Below are positions 32,422 to 43,073 of a stretch of 64,000 bases of DNA, in pieces (the stretch's first letter is position 1; each line of letters opens with the position of its first letter). Where the stretch lies: contig DATMYE010000004.1 in assembly GCA_035561095.1 (NCBI GenBank), positions 7,675 through 71,674 of the forward strand, written 5' to 3'. A program made the position numbers and the translations under genes. The stretch comes from Clostridia bacterium (lineage in GTDB: Bacteria > Bacillota > Clostridia > Christensenellales > CAG-138). The notes beneath the pieces are model-generated. The model was not told the origin of the DNA, made no database searches, and saw only the letters and a program-made list of their open reading frames with translations.

Positions 32422-33543
32422 TTATTGCGCGGGCGTCGGTGTCGGGACAAAGCCCTCGCCATAGAGCAGCGTATTGAGCGCCGCCGCGGCATCGTCGAGG
32501 TCAAACTCCAGCATGCTGGTCTCCACGCCGTTCTCATCCACGAAGTTGTGGTAGGTGCCCGGTGCGGGGATTGAGGTCTTGCTGAAGGTCATGCCCTTGG
32601 TGAGCAGGATCTTTGCAAGATCGCTCATGGTGTCGATCGACATATTGGTCGAGACATAGCCGGTTGCAAACGAGATCAGCGCGAGCACGCTCTGCTCGTT
32701 CATCTCTTTGGTCACCTTGTCGAACACGAGCTGGATGATCTCCTGCTGGCGGTTGACACGGTCATAGTCGTTGCCCTGGCCGCCGTCCACGCCGGTGTGG
32801 CGGTTACGAGCATAGATCAGGCACTGCGCGCCGTCGAGATGCAGCACGCCCGGATCTGCCTTGATGGTCTTTGCATGGAGCACGATATCCGGCTCATTGA
32901 CGAATCCGCCAGTGATGCGGTTGTTGATGAAGTTGATTTCGGCCTGATCGCAATCGACATCCAGACCGCCGATCTTGTCGATCAACGCCGCAAACCCGTC
33001 AAAGCCGATGCTGATGTATTCCTGAATATCGAGCTTGAAGTTCTCATTGAGAGTGTTGATCAGTTCGCCGGGGCCGCCGCCGCCGTAGCCGCCGTTATAG
33101 GCGCCGTTGAGGCGATTGTAGAAGGTGAATCGGCCGCTCTTGCCGATGCGGTGTACGCGCGAGTCGCGCATGAACGAAACCAGCGTGATGGTGCCTTTGT
33201 TCGTATCGATCGAGGCAAGCATCATGGTGTCGGAACGGCCGCTTGCGTCCTGCACTTCCGCGACGGAGCGCGAGTCGGTGCCCACGAGCAGGATGTTGAC
33301 GATGCCTGCCTGCTTGGTGTCTTCCGAGTAGATCGGCATCGCCGTCGGAGTCGGGGTCGGGTCGCCGGTTTCAACGGCTTCGGTTACCGGCTCTTCGGTT
33401 GCGGAAACGTTCAGGTCAACGGGCTTGTCGACGGTTTCTACGGCATCCGAGCGCATGCTGGTGAGCACGTATACGCCGAGGCCAACCACTGCCAGCACGA
33501 TCACCAACAGAACGATCAGCACGATCTTCATGACTTTTGACAT
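32422..33543 (-). CDS. LytR-CpsA-Psr (LCP) family cell-wall glycopolymer ligase
   Basis: N-terminal TM helix, then LLVGTDSR...GRSDTMMLASID, the LCP signature. ATG 33543 has GAGGAG 7 nt upstream (the track start is 33558). Confidence 0.88.
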   Translation of the reverse strand: MSKVMKIVLIVLLVIVLAVVGLGVYVLTSMRSDAVETVDKPVDLNVSATEEPVTEAVETGDPTPTPTAMPIYSEDTKQAGIVNILLVGTDSRSVAEVQDASGRSDTMMLASIDTNKGTITLVSFMRDSRVHRIGKSGRFTFYNRLNGAYNGGYGGGGPGELINTLNENFKLDIQEYISIGFDGFAALIDKIGGLDVDCDQAEINFINNRITGGFVNEPDIVLHAKTIKADPGVLHLDGAQCLIYARNRHTGVDGGQGNDYDRVNRQQEIIQLVFDKVTKEMNEQSVLALISFATGYVSTNMSIDTMSDLAKILLTKGMTFSKTSIPAPGTYHNFVDENGVETSMLEFDLDDAAAALNTLLYGEGFVPTPTPAQ

Positions 33544-33703
33544 GGTGTTACTCCTCATCTATTACAATGTTCATTACTCTGTAAAACGCAACCATGATAT
33601 CACAACAAACAGCCCGGATTCAATCAAAACGGCAAAACTCACAACTTGTTTACATATATTCTGCGTTTTTTTTCGCCTGTTGCGGCGCTTTTTTTACATC
33701 CGC

Positions 33704-33749
33704 GCAAAAAGAGAAACACCCGCGCAGCGTAGGCTGTCGCGGGTGTTTT
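33704..33749 (-). terminator. Rho-independent terminator after pepF
   Basis: Stem ACACCCGCG / CGCGGGTGT. On the minus strand it is followed by TTTCTCTTTTT. Confidence 0.7.
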
Positions 33750-33757
33750 CCTGGTGC

Positions 33758-35470
33758 TTAAAGCTTCAGTTCGTCGATGACATGGCGGACGGCTTTTTCC
33801 ACGCTGCCTTCCTCAAAGGGAATATCGAGCGAGGCGACCTTGAGCAGGTCAAAATAGCCTTTGCTACCGCCTGCGCGGCAGAGCGCGAGATACGATTCCC
33901 AGGCGAGCTTGTGATCCTGCTTCATCCGCCCGTAGAGCTGGAAGGCGCAAACCTGTGCGAGCGCATAGTCCACATAATAGAACGGATAGAGGAAGATATG
34001 CTGCTTCTGCATCCAGAAACCGCCCTCTTCAAAGAACGGCACGCCGTCATAATCGCGCCATGGGAGATATTTCTGCTCGATCTCGTGCCAGACCGCTCTG
34101 CGCTCCTTTGCGCTCATCGAGGGTTTTTCGTAGACGCGGTGCTGGAACTCGTCCACGCTCACAAGATACGGAATCGTCGCAAGAGACAGTGCAAGGTGCG
34201 CATACTTCGCTTTGTCGACCTTGTCCGCGCCGAAGAAGTCCTTGAGGTAGGGATAGGCAAAGTGTTCCATGGTCATAGAGTGAATCTCATTGACCTCGCT
34301 CGTGGAGCTGAGGTACGCCGAGATCGGCTGGCTGCGCATCGCGGTATAGCCCGCGAACGCGTGGCCCGCTTCATGCGTGAGCACGTTGACGTCCGCCGCG
34401 GTGCCGTTGAAATTCGAGAAGATGAACGGCGCTTTGTAGTCCGGCAGATACGTGCAGTAACCGCCGATGTGTTTGCCGGGGCGCGTTTCCAGATCAAACA
34501 GGCCGTGGCCGGAGAGAAAATCGAAGAACTCACCGGTCTCCGGCGAAATTTCGCGATACATCTTCTGCGCGATGGGAACGAGCACGCTCTCGCCGCCGAC
34601 GGGGTCCGCGTTGCCGTCCGGGAAGATGCAGGTCTCGTCATAGTACTTGAGCTTCTCAACACCGAGGCGCTTTGCCTGCTCCTCGCGGAGCTTTGCAACC
34701 GCAGGCACGATGACAGTTCGCACCTGCTCACGGAAGCGCGCAACCTCCGCGGGGCCGTAGTCCGCGCGGTGCATGTTGAGATACCCAAGTGCGGTGTAGT
34801 CCGGCAGTCCCAGCTTTTTCGCCATGCGGATACGAACCTTGATGAGCTTGTCGTATTGCGCATCGAGCTTTTCGGAGATGCCCTCGTAGAGCTTCGCCCA
34901 GGCGAGGAACGCCTCCTTGCGTTCTTCGCGATCGGGGCTTTCCATATGCTTTAGCAGGCCGTAGAAGTTGACTTCTTTGCCGCGGAAGGTGGTCTTGCAC
35001 GCGGCAGTAGTCTTTTTGTAGACATTCTCCAGATTGCCCTGCAGGATCAGATCGGGGATGATCTTGGTGCTCTGCGTCTTGTGGTCGATCTCGGCGAGGG
35101 TGAAGAGCTGTTTGCCGAATTCCGTTTCAAACTGCGGACGGTAGGGCGAGCGGAGCAGCGTTTCGGTGAAATCCTTGCTCAGCGCCATGAGCTGTGCCAC
35201 CGCGCGGTTGAAGAACTGCATCTCGCCGTCGTAGAACTTGTCGGTGGTGTCGAGGGTATTGCGGATGCTCGCCACGACATAGCTTGTTTCGAGATGTCCC
35301 GTCTCCTCCTGCGAGGCGAGATAGGCCGCCCGCGCTTCCTCATAGCTCTTCGCTTTCTTCAGCAAAGTGAGCAGGGCCTTGAGCTTCTTTTTGAGCGCGC
35401 CCATATCCGGACGCTTGTATTCAATCTTGGAAAAGTTGTCCATCGTCAAAACCTTCGTCATATCATCCAT
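33758..35470 (-). CDS. pepF: M3B family oligoendopeptidase F
   Basis: Zinc motif HEAGHAF. It is 570 aa, typical PepF length and layout. Confidence 0.9.
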   Translation of the reverse strand: MDDMTKVLTMDNFSKIEYKRPDMGALKKKLKALLTLLKKAKSYEEARAAYLASQEETGHLETSYVVASIRNTLDTTDKFYDGEMQFFNRAVAQLMALSKDFTETLLRSPYRPQFETEFGKQLFTLAEIDHKTQSTKIIPDLILQGNLENVYKKTTAACKTTFRGKEVNFYGLLKHMESPDREERKEAFLAWAKLYEGISEKLDAQYDKLIKVRIRMAKKLGLPDYTALGYLNMHRADYGPAEVARFREQVRTVIVPAVAKLREEQAKRLGVEKLKYYDETCIFPDGNADPVGGESVLVPIAQKMYREISPETGEFFDFLSGHGLFDLETRPGKHIGGYCTYLPDYKAPFIFSNFNGTAADVNVLTHEAGHAFAGYTAMRSQPISAYLSSTSEVNEIHSMTMEHFAYPYLKDFFGADKVDKAKYAHLALSLATIPYLVSVDEFQHRVYEKPSMSAKERRAVWHEIEQKYLPWRDYDGVPFFEEGGFWMQKQHIFLYPFYYVDYALAQVCAFQLYGRMKQDHKLAWESYLALCRAGGSKGYFDLLKVASLDIPFEEGSVEKAVRHVIDELKL

Positions 35471-35639
35471 CGTTCGCTGTTTCGCTCCCGTTTTCTCTAG
35501 ATTTCCGGGCGGGAAAATCCGCCGGATACAAGGTTATTGTAGTACTCCGGCACCGTCGTTTGCAAGGTAAAAGCGGGAGAGCTTGTATCAAAAGCGCCAA
35601 AATTGCGCGGCACGAGCAAGGTTACTCTGCCGCGGCGTG

Positions 35640-35677
35640 AAAAGCGCAACACGCAATTGGATTGTGTTGCGTTTTTA
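35640..35677. terminator. Orphan bidirectional terminator-like hairpin between divergent genes
   Basis: AAAAG-CGCAACAC-(11 nt)-GTGTTGCG-TTTTT. No annotated gene reads into it from either side. Confidence 0.5.
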
Positions 35678-35687
35678 GGTGCGTGGT

Positions 35688-35716
35688 TTACTTTCCCTAT
35701 GCAATCGAGGTATAAT
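35688..35716 (+). promoter_or_regulatory. Candidate promoter for the GH3 gene
   Basis: Perfect -10 TATAAT (35711-35716), 17-nt spacer, weak -35 TTACTT. Confidence 0.45.
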
Positions 35717-35833
35717 GAACCAAAATCACGCACAGCGCGATTGTTTTTGTTTGCCCTTCTCCTGCGGGCGCTTTCTGCGCGCGGGCGGTCATAGAAACGA
35801 TGTCGATCTTCAAACGGGAAACGGGGTAGGAGC

Positions 35834-37150
35834 TTGTTCGGTAACGCGTTTAAGAGAATTCTGGTTTCGCTGATGGTGCTTGCGCTGCTGCTAGGTCTAG
35901 GCGCTGGCGTGCTGTTCGGCGTCATTCCCGCGCTGCACTATGATGTCTGGCGCGCGGAGCCGGATGAGCAGATCGCATCTCCGGACGTATCCTTAACCAC
36001 AGCCTCGCCGGAAGCGACGCCTACCGCGGAGCCAACACCCACGCAGGAGCCCTCGCCCGTCACGGCGGAGGAATGGGTTACGGCGTACATGAAGACCATG
36101 ACCACGCAGGAAAAACTCGGCCAGCTCGTGATGTTCGGTTTCTCCGGCACGAGCGAGGTGCAGAACCCGTTCCGTGATATCTGGGGCAGTTATTCTGTCG
36201 GAAACGCGATTCTCTACGGGCCGAATATCAAGAGCAGCAACAGCGACGGCGGATTTGCGCAGGCAAAGAAGCTGACAGAGCAGATCGCCAGTCGCGTCAA
36301 CAGCGACATCCCGCCGCTGATCGGCATCGATGTCGAAGGCGGCAGCGTCGTGCGCTTCCGCTGGAATCCGCAGCCGGTCTCCGCGCGCTCGCTCGGGCGG
36401 CGCAGGGACGCGGACTACGCAAGACAGCAGTTTGAAACCATCGGCAGCAAGCTCGTCAGCGTCGGCATCAATATCGATCTAGCGCCTGTGCTGGACGTCT
36501 CCGAAAACCCCATGGATACCTTCCTCGAAACGCGCATCATCTCCGAGGACGCGAGCATCGCAGCCGCCATCGGCAGCTCGATCATCGAAGGCCTGCAAGC
36601 GGGCGGGTGCCTCTCCTGCGCGAAACACTTCCCGGGGCACGGCGGAACAAACGAGGACTCCCACGAAGTCACTCCGGTTGTGGAAAAGACGCTGGAAGAA
36701 CTGAAAAGCTACGACCTTGTGCCGTTTGCGAGCGCGATCGAGAGCGGCGTGGACGCCATCATGACGTCGCATGTGCTCTATCCCGCGCTGGACAGCACGG
36801 ATATCGCCTCCATGAGCAAGCCGATCCTGACGGATCTGCTCCGCGGAGAGATGGGCTTTGACGGCATTATCATCAGCGACGACTTCCGCATGGATGGACT
36901 GACCACCCGCTATGAGGTCGGCGACGCCGCGGTGCGCTTCCTGCTCGCGGGCGGGGACATCATCCTTTGCGGCGCGGTGAGTGAAAAGCAGCAGGCAATC
37001 GTAGACGCGCTGAACTCCGCGGCGGCTGACGGGCGGCTGACGCAAGCGCGTATCGACGAAAGCGTCCGGCGCGTGCTGCTGCAAAAGCTCGCGCTCGGCA
37101 CATGGGATATTCAGGCTGCGCTCGCCGCGCGGACGACGCCCGCACCGTAA
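35834..37150 (+). CDS. Glycoside hydrolase family 3 beta-N-acetylhexosaminidase (NagZ-like), membrane-anchored or secreted
   Basis: Contains KHFPGHGGT and a GIDVEGG motif. It has an N-terminal hydrophobic segment and a PT-rich linker. The start is uncertain (TTG 35834 or ATG 35873). Confidence 0.85.
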   Translation: MFGNAFKRILVSLMVLALLLGLGAGVLFGVIPALHYDVWRAEPDEQIASPDVSLTTASPEATPTAEPTPTQEPSPVTAEEWVTAYMKTMTTQEKLGQLVMFGFSGTSEVQNPFRDIWGSYSVGNAILYGPNIKSSNSDGGFAQAKKLTEQIASRVNSDIPPLIGIDVEGGSVVRFRWNPQPVSARSLGRRRDADYARQQFETIGSKLVSVGINIDLAPVLDVSENPMDTFLETRIISEDASIAAAIGSSIIEGLQAGGCLSCAKHFPGHGGTNEDSHEVTPVVEKTLEELKSYDLVPFASAIESGVDAIMTSHVLYPALDSTDIASMSKPILTDLLRGEMGFDGIIISDDFRMDGLTTRYEVGDAAVRFLLAGGDIILCGAVSEKQQAIVDALNSAAADGRLTQARIDESVRRVLLQKLALGTWDIQAALAARTTPAP

Positions 37151-37175
37151 CGCGCGAACGAAATGCGTAAGCTTT

Positions 37176-37206
37176 GAGCCGGAAGCGCCTGCCTCCGGCT
37201 CTTTTT
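37176..37206 (+). terminator. Rho-independent terminator
   Basis: GAGCCGGA-(10 nt)-TCCGGCTC followed by TTTTT. Confidence 0.8.
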
Positions 37207-37295
37207 GACCCACGACAAATTTTTCGTCTGATAAAACCTGATGAACGGAGCTTCGCTTGCTTGCATTCTTGCACTGTGAACGATAAAATGATGAC

Positions 37296-38276
37296 ATGGA
37301 AACTTCTAACCAACAATCACCACGCGAAGCCCGAACGGGCTTGCTGGTGCTTCTGCTCGCTGTCGTCGCCGCCGTACTTGCGGCGTATGTGCCGCTTTTT
37401 CTGATCATTGCGCCCGCACTCTGGGCGTATGCCGGCGCGCGAACCCGCCCGTACTGGATGATCGTTCCCGCGGCGGTGTTTGCCTATGCCATGTTTACCT
37501 TTGAACCCACGGTCGCCGCCGCGGCATATACAGCGGGCGCGCTGCTGGCCGCGGTGATTCTGCTCGTGCTGCTGACGCACGGGTTCTCCAACTCCGACAC
37601 GGTGCTGATCCTCTGCGGCGTGTTTCTCGTGATGATGTACGCAGTGGTCTGCCTGCCGGGACTATTGGAAGGCCGTCAGGCGTATGCGGATATTCAGGCA
37701 CGCGTGGGCGATGTCCGTGCCATCTATGCAAACGGCGCCGCGTTTTATGCGCAGATCTCGCCGGAGGCCGTGAAAACCGTGCAGCAGATGCTGGACACGA
37801 TGTATGACGCGGTGCCGACGACGTTTGTCGCTGTGCTTTGCATCTTTGCAAGCGTCTTGGGTTTGGGCAATCTCCTGTTTTTCCGCGCGTTCTGCCGCAA
37901 GCAGACGCAGATCAAGCTTTCACCCATGCGCGCATTCCGCGACTGGACGCTGCCGCGCAGCATGACGCTCGGGCTTTTCGCGATCCTGATCGGATCGATC
38001 GTGCTGGAGTTTACGGGTTGGGCGTTTGCCGAAAGCTTCTCCGTGACAGCGAACATCCTCCTGTGCATTCCGCTGTTCCTGCAGGGCATCAGCGTGGTGG
38101 ATTTTATGCTCTCCCGTGCGCCGAAAAACATCACCGTCGCGCGCACGCTGACGTATATCGGACTTGGTGTACTGTATCAGTGGTTCCTGTTTCCGCTGGT
38201 GCTCGTGGGCGTGTTTGATCAGATTTTTCATGTGCGCGACCGCATGCGCGGCATTCCCCCGAAAGCAGCCGCTTAA
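37296..38276 (+). CDS. Polytopic membrane protein, YybS/DUF2232-like
   Basis: 326 aa with multiple TM helices. It sits immediately upstream of gdpP-rplI-dnaB, as yybS does in Bacillus. The family call rests on synteny. Confidence 0.7.
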   Translation: METSNQQSPREARTGLLVLLLAVVAAVLAAYVPLFLIIAPALWAYAGARTRPYWMIVPAAVFAYAMFTFEPTVAAAAYTAGALLAAVILLVLLTHGFSNSDTVLILCGVFLVMMYAVVCLPGLLEGRQAYADIQARVGDVRAIYANGAAFYAQISPEAVKTVQQMLDTMYDAVPTTFVAVLCIFASVLGLGNLLFFRAFCRKQTQIKLSPMRAFRDWTLPRSMTLGLFAILIGSIVLEFTGWAFAESFSVTANILLCIPLFLQGISVVDFMLSRAPKNITVARTLTYIGLGVLYQWFLFPLVLVGVFDQIFHVRDRMRGIPPKAAA

Positions 38277-38321
38277 GAAAACGCGTTTGGCCACGCCGGA
38301 CGCAACAAGAGGAGAGACGCT

Positions 38322-40283
38322 ATGAAGAAGACGACGTCGGTTCTTTTGCCGCTTGGCGTGCTGCTTTGCGTGCTTTGCGCGGCGATCTATCTCTCCGATC
38401 TGTTTCAGGCGTACCGGCTGATCGCATTCTGTGTCGCGTTCGGGCTTGCGCTGATCGTATTCTTCATCAGCCTTGTGGGGGAACGCGCACAGAAGAAAGC
38501 CAACCAGAAACGCATGGACGACGTGTTTTCCGAGAACTCGGAGGTTGCGGCGCGGCTGGTCAACCAGGTTTCGATTCCCTGCGCGCTGGTTGAGCAGGAC
38601 GGCAAGATCGCCTGGCGTAACGAGGCGATGCAGAAGATCTTCGCCGAGCCCGACGTCTGCCGCGCGCAGCCGCATTTTGATTTTTCCGCGCCGCTCGTCG
38701 CCGTGCCGATGGAGCACGCGGGCAATGTCTACCAGATCATGAGTGTGCCCGTTTACCGCGAATCGGACGAGCGGGCGATGCTGTTTCAATACTGGCTCGA
38801 CCGCACGGAGGCCGCGCACTATCAGCGCCTCTTTGAAGAGCAGATGCCGTATGTCGCGCTGATCTACATCGACAACTACGAGGAGCTCTCTGCGGACGTA
38901 CAGTTCCACAAGACCAGCGTATTCTCCGAGGTGGAGCGTATCGTTGCGGATCTCGTCAAGGAGATCGACGGCGTCTACCGCCGCTATGAGAACGGCCGCT
39001 TCTTCGTCGTGTTTGAGGCGCAGCACCTGCCGCAGATGGAGCGCGCGCGCTTCCCGCTCTTGGAGCAGGCGCACAACATCGACACCGGCACAAGCATGCT
39101 TGTCTCTCTCTCGATTGCCGTCGGGGCGTCGGATCGCGTTGCGCGCGCGGACGAGAGCGCGCGGCAGGCGATGGAGCTTGCGCTTGGCCGCGGCGGCGAT
39201 CAGGCCGTCATCAAAAAAGGCGGCGGATACGTATTTTACGGCGGCAGACGGCAGCCGGAGGCAATGCAGAGCCGCGTGAAGATGCGACTTTTCAGCAAAG
39301 CCCTGCGGCAGCTGTTTGAGAACACGGGAGACGTGTTCATCGTCGGTCACAAGCGGCCTGACATGGACTGTATCGGCTCTGCGCTCGGCGTTGCGACCTG
39401 CGCGAAGTTTGCGGGCTCGCGCGCCTATATCGTGCTCGGCGAGCAAAACAACATGATCGAGCATGCGCTGGAGCTCATTCGCGACAACCGCGCGTTTTCC
39501 GGCATGCTGATCACGCCGGAGCACGCGGAGCGCATTATGCGCCCGACGAGCGTGCTCGTGGTCGTGGATACCCAGCGGGTCGGTTCCCTCGTGGAGCCGA
39601 AGCTACTGGAGCTCGCAGGCCGCGTGGTCATCATCGACCACCATCGCCGCGGCGCGGATCACATCGATAACCCGACGCTGCATTTTTTAGAGGCGCGGGC
39701 TTCGTCCACAAGCGAGCTCGTCACAGAGCTGCTGCAGTACTTTGACGCGAACCTCCGCCCGCCGGCGCTGGTCTGCGGGACGCTGCTTGCGGGCATCACG
39801 ATCGACACCAAGCACTTTGCGTTCAACGTCGGTTCCCGCACGTTTGAGGCTGCGGGATATCTGCGCAAGAACGGCGCGGACACGAGCATGGTCAAACAGA
39901 TGTTTCAGGACGACATGGCGAGCTTTGGCGACGTGGCGACCACCGTGCGCAGCGCGGAGGTGCTGCCCGGCGGCATCGCGCTCGGCAGCGTCGGCGAGGA
40001 GATCAAAAATGCGGCGCTCATCGCGGCAAAGTCCGCCGACGAGCTCATCGGCATAAAAGGCATCGAGGCTGCGTTCGTGCTCGGCAGAGATGGCGATCTG
40101 GTGAGCGTCAGCGGCAGATCGCTCGGCAACGTCAATGTGCAGGTCATCTGCGAGCGACTCGGCGGCGGGGGACACCTCACCATGGCGGGCGCGCAGATTG
40201 CGAATATCGATCTGGAAGAAGCGGAGGCGCAGGTGCGCACCGCGATTGAACACTATATGCAGGAGGTACAGAAAGCACTATGA
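38322..40283 (+). CDS. gdpP: c-di-AMP phosphodiesterase GdpP (2 TM, PAS-like, degenerate GGDEF, DHH/DHHA1)
   Basis: Contains [22 protein letters not shown] (DHH) and [10 protein letters not shown] (DHHA1 GGGH). Synteny with rplI and dnaB supports the call. Confidence 0.9.
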   Translation: MKKTTSVLLPLGVLLCVLCAAIYLSDLFQAYRLIAFCVAFGLALIVFFISLVGERAQKKANQKRMDDVFSENSEVAARLVNQVSIPCALVEQDGKIAWRNEAMQKIFAEPDVCRAQPHFDFSAPLVAVPMEHAGNVYQIMSVPVYRESDERAMLFQYWLDRTEAAHYQRLFEEQMPYVALIYIDNYEELSADVQFHKTSVFSEVERIVADLVKEIDGVYRRYENGRFFVVFEAQHLPQMERARFPLLEQAHNIDTGTSMLVSLSIAVGASDRVARADESARQAMELALGRGGDQAVIKKGGGYVFYGGRRQPEAMQSRVKMRLFSKALRQLFENTGDVFIVGHKRPDMDCIGSALGVATCAKFAGSRAYIVLGEQNNMIEHALELIRDNRAFSGMLITPEHAERIMRPTSVLVVVDTQRVGSLVEPKLLELAGRVVIIDHHRRGADHIDNPTLHFLEARASSTSELVTELLQYFDANLRPPALVCGTLLAGITIDTKHFAFNVGSRTFEAAGYLRKNGADTSMVKQMFQDDMASFGDVATTVRSAEVLPGGIALGSVGEEIKNAALIAAKSADELIGIKGIEAAFVLGRDGDLVSVSGRSLGNVNVQVICERLGGGGHLTMAGAQIANIDLEEAEAQVRTAIEHYMQEVQKAL

Positions 40284-40726
40284 AACTTTTACTGGAACAG
40301 GACGTCAAGGGAACGGGCAAAAAGGGCGAGATCGTGGACGTGTCGGATGGCTACGCGCGTAATTTTCTCCTGCCGCGCAAACTGGCTACCCCCGCGGACG
40401 CACAGGCGGTCAACGCCGCAAGCATTCAAAAGAGCGCAGCCGCGCACAAGAAGTTTCAGGCGGGCGTTGCCGCGCGTGAGCTTGCCAAGCAGCTCGAAGG
40501 CGCTGTCGTAACGGTCAAGGCTAAGGTCGGCGAAAACGGCCATCTTTTCGGCTCGATCACCGGAAAGGAAATCGCGCAGGCGATCTCCGAGCAGAAGCAC
40601 GTCGAGATCGACAAAAAGAAGGTCGCCCTGACGGACCCCATCCGCGCGCTGGGCGAATACAGCATCCGCGTGAGTCTCTACGAAAACACATTCGCGCTGG
40701 TCAAGGTCATCGTCGAAAAGTGCTAA
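40280..40726 (+). CDS. rplI: 50S ribosomal protein L9
   Basis: Begins [36 protein letters not shown]. Its ATG overlaps the gdpP stop (ATGA). Confidence 0.95.
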   Translation: MKLLLEQDVKGTGKKGEIVDVSDGYARNFLLPRKLATPADAQAVNAASIQKSAAAHKKFQAGVAARELAKQLEGAVVTVKAKVGENGHLFGSITGKEIAQAISEQKHVEIDKKKVALTDPIRALGEYSIRVSLYENTFALVKVIVEKC

Positions 40727-40801
40727 CAGCTCTTTTCCGGCCAATCATCCGCGACGGCGCAGGAAACACCCAGTTTGCAAGTAACCGGATCGGAGCACCC
40801 G

Positions 40802-42172
40802 ATGGAAGAGTATGAATTCACCCAACCCGCGAACAGCATGACCACGCTGCCGCACGTGAGCGACGCAGAGCGCTCCGTGCTCGGCAGTATGCTCATCGAC
40901 GCCGGCGCGCTGGAGGTCAGCCTCGAGCAGCTGCGCGAGGAGGACTTTTACGTGCCCGCAAACGCGACGATCTTCGCCGCGATGCGGGATGTCCGCGCGG
41001 GCGGCAACGCGGTCGACCTCGTCACGCTCACCGCGGAGTTGGAGCGGCACAACAAGCTCGATATGGCGGGCGGGATGACATATCTCACCGACCTTGTGAC
41101 GTTTGTGCCGACCGCCGCCAACGTTTCGCACTATATCTCGCTCGTGGAGACCAAGAGCACGCAGCGCGCGCTCATCCGCGCGGGCGGCGAGATCGTGCGC
41201 GACGGCATGGACGACGAAAAAGAGCTGGAAGACACGCTCAATCAGGCGGAGAAGCGCATCTACGAAATCTCCATGCGCAAGGTGCAGGGGACTCTGGTTC
41301 CCATGGAGCAGATCGTACCGCAGGCTTACAATCTCATCGGCGAACTGGCACAGCGGCGCGGCAAGATCACGGGAATTCCCAGCGGATTCATCGAACTCGA
41401 CCGCATGACAAACGGATTCCAGAAAAGCGATCTGATCATCGTTGCATCCCGTCCCGCAATGGGTAAATCGAGCTTCGCGATGAACATCGCGCAGTATGCC
41501 TCCGTCCACAACGCAAAGACCGTCGTCGTGTTCAGCCTTGAGATGAGCGCGGAACAGCTGGTCATGCGCATGCTCTGCACGGAAGCGACGGTCGATTCCC
41601 AGCGCATCAAGGAAGGCCTCATCGGCAACAACGAGATGAACAACCTCATGGAGGTCATGGACCCCATGAGCAGGGCAAAGATCTACATCGACGATTCCAG
41701 CGGCGCGAGCGTGCCTATGATCCGCAGCAAATGCAGGAGGCTCTCCGCGCGCGCGGGACTGGATATGATCGTCATCGACTACCTGCAGCTGATGCAGGCG
41801 AGCGGCAGCCGCAAGGACGGTAACCGCATGCAGGAAGTCTCCGACATGACGCGCCAGCTCAAGCTGCTCGCGCGCGAACTCAACGTACCGATCATTCTGC
41901 TGTGCCAGCTCAACCGCGGCCCGGACACCCGTACCGATCACCGGCCGGTCATCTCCGACCTTCGCGAGAGCGGTTCTATCGAACAGGACGCCGACATGGT
42001 CATCCTCCTGTATCGACCTGCGGCCTATATGGACACGCAGGAATACGAGATGGGCGACAACACAAGCCAGATCATCATCGCCAAGCACCGCCACGGCTCG
42101 ACCGGCGTGGTCAAGCTGCTCTGGCAGGGCGAATACACGCGCTTCCGCTCGATTGCGCAGGAGAACCAGTAA
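40802..42172 (+). CDS. dnaB: Replicative DNA helicase DnaB
   Basis: Contains SVLGSMLID, Walker A ASRPAMGKSSFAMN and LARELNVPIILLCQLNR. ATG 40802 has GGAG 8 nt upstream (the track start is TTG 40775). Confidence 0.93.
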   Translation: MEEYEFTQPANSMTTLPHVSDAERSVLGSMLIDAGALEVSLEQLREEDFYVPANATIFAAMRDVRAGGNAVDLVTLTAELERHNKLDMAGGMTYLTDLVTFVPTAANVSHYISLVETKSTQRALIRAGGEIVRDGMDDEKELEDTLNQAEKRIYEISMRKVQGTLVPMEQIVPQAYNLIGELAQRRGKITGIPSGFIELDRMTNGFQKSDLIIVASRPAMGKSSFAMNIAQYASVHNAKTVVVFSLEMSAEQLVMRMLCTEATVDSQRIKEGLIGNNEMNNLMEVMDPMSRAKIYIDDSSGASVPMIRSKCRRLSARAGLDMIVIDYLQLMQASGSRKDGNRMQEVSDMTRQLKLLARELNVPIILLCQLNRGPDTRTDHRPVISDLRESGSIEQDADMVILLYRPAAYMDTQEYEMGDNTSQIIIAKHRHGSTGVVKLLWQGEYTRFRSIAQENQ

Positions 42173-42224
42173 ACGCAGCGCGGCGGCAAACCTGCAAAAT
42201 TTGAATAAAAGGATCTGATGATAG

Positions 42225-42884
42225 ATGAAGAACGCGGACATGTTCTCCGATCTTTCCGCCACGCAGGCGTGGAAGCTCTTTACGGAGACGACGTATCCAT
42301 GGGAAGTTCTCCCGCAGATCAAGGCGTTTGTGCGCGCGCTGGGGCCAACGCTCTCGCCCGCGGAATACAACCATCCCAGCGAGGAAGTCTGGATTCATAA
42401 GAGCGCGGTTCTGTTCCCGAATATCTACATCGCAGGCCCGACCATCATCGGAGAAGGCACAGAGGTACGCCCCGGCGCATTTATCCGCGGCAGCGTACTC
42501 GTCGGCCGCGGCTGCGTGGTCGGCAACTCCACGGAGCTTAAAAACTGCATCCTCTTTGACAAGGTACAGGTGCCGCACTACAACTACATCGGCGATAGCA
42601 TCCTGGGTCATTATTCGCATATGGGCGCGGGCTCGATCTGCTCCAACGTCAAGAGCGACAAGTCGCTGGTCAAGGTGCGCGCGGGCGAGAAAGTCATCGA
42701 GACGGGGCTCAAAAAGTTCGGCGCGATCCTCGGCGACCATGTCGAGGTCGGCTGCAACAGTGTGCTCAATCCCGGCACGGTGCTGGAGTCCAACGCTTCC
42801 GTCTATCCGCTCTCGCGCGTGCGCGGCGTGGTCAAGGCGGGGCACATCTTCAAGAGCCAGGACGAGATCGTTCCTCGCAAATAA
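42225..42884 (+). CDS. Left-handed beta-helix (hexapeptide repeat) transferase, GlmU C-terminal-like
   Basis: Contains runs of hexapeptide repeats (IGEGTEVRPGAFIRGSVLVGRGCVVGNSTELKNCILF...). Confidence 0.7.
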   Translation: MKNADMFSDLSATQAWKLFTETTYPWEVLPQIKAFVRALGPTLSPAEYNHPSEEVWIHKSAVLFPNIYIAGPTIIGEGTEVRPGAFIRGSVLVGRGCVVGNSTELKNCILFDKVQVPHYNYIGDSILGHYSHMGAGSICSNVKSDKSLVKVRAGEKVIETGLKKFGAILGDHVEVGCNSVLNPGTVLESNASVYPLSRVRGVVKAGHIFKSQDEIVPRK

Positions 42885-42894
42885 CGACGCAGAG

Positions 42895-42940
42895 GCCGCG
42901 TCAACCGGACAAGGATGCCCGGGTGAAACGCGGCTTTTTT
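42895..42940 (+). terminator. Probable rho-independent terminator
   Basis: Outer stem GCCGCG / CGCGGC with an inner CCGG/CCGG pairing, followed by TTTTTT. Confidence 0.55.
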
Positions 42941-43073
42941 GCTGCCTGAAATCCGCCGTTACGTTGCAACACTGTGTCAATCGTAGCAGAGCGTGATGAC
43001 AGTCGGGAAAATTGTGAACAGCTCGCAACTTTCCTGATAACCCACTGCCCGGCCGTGCAGAATCGGCTATACT

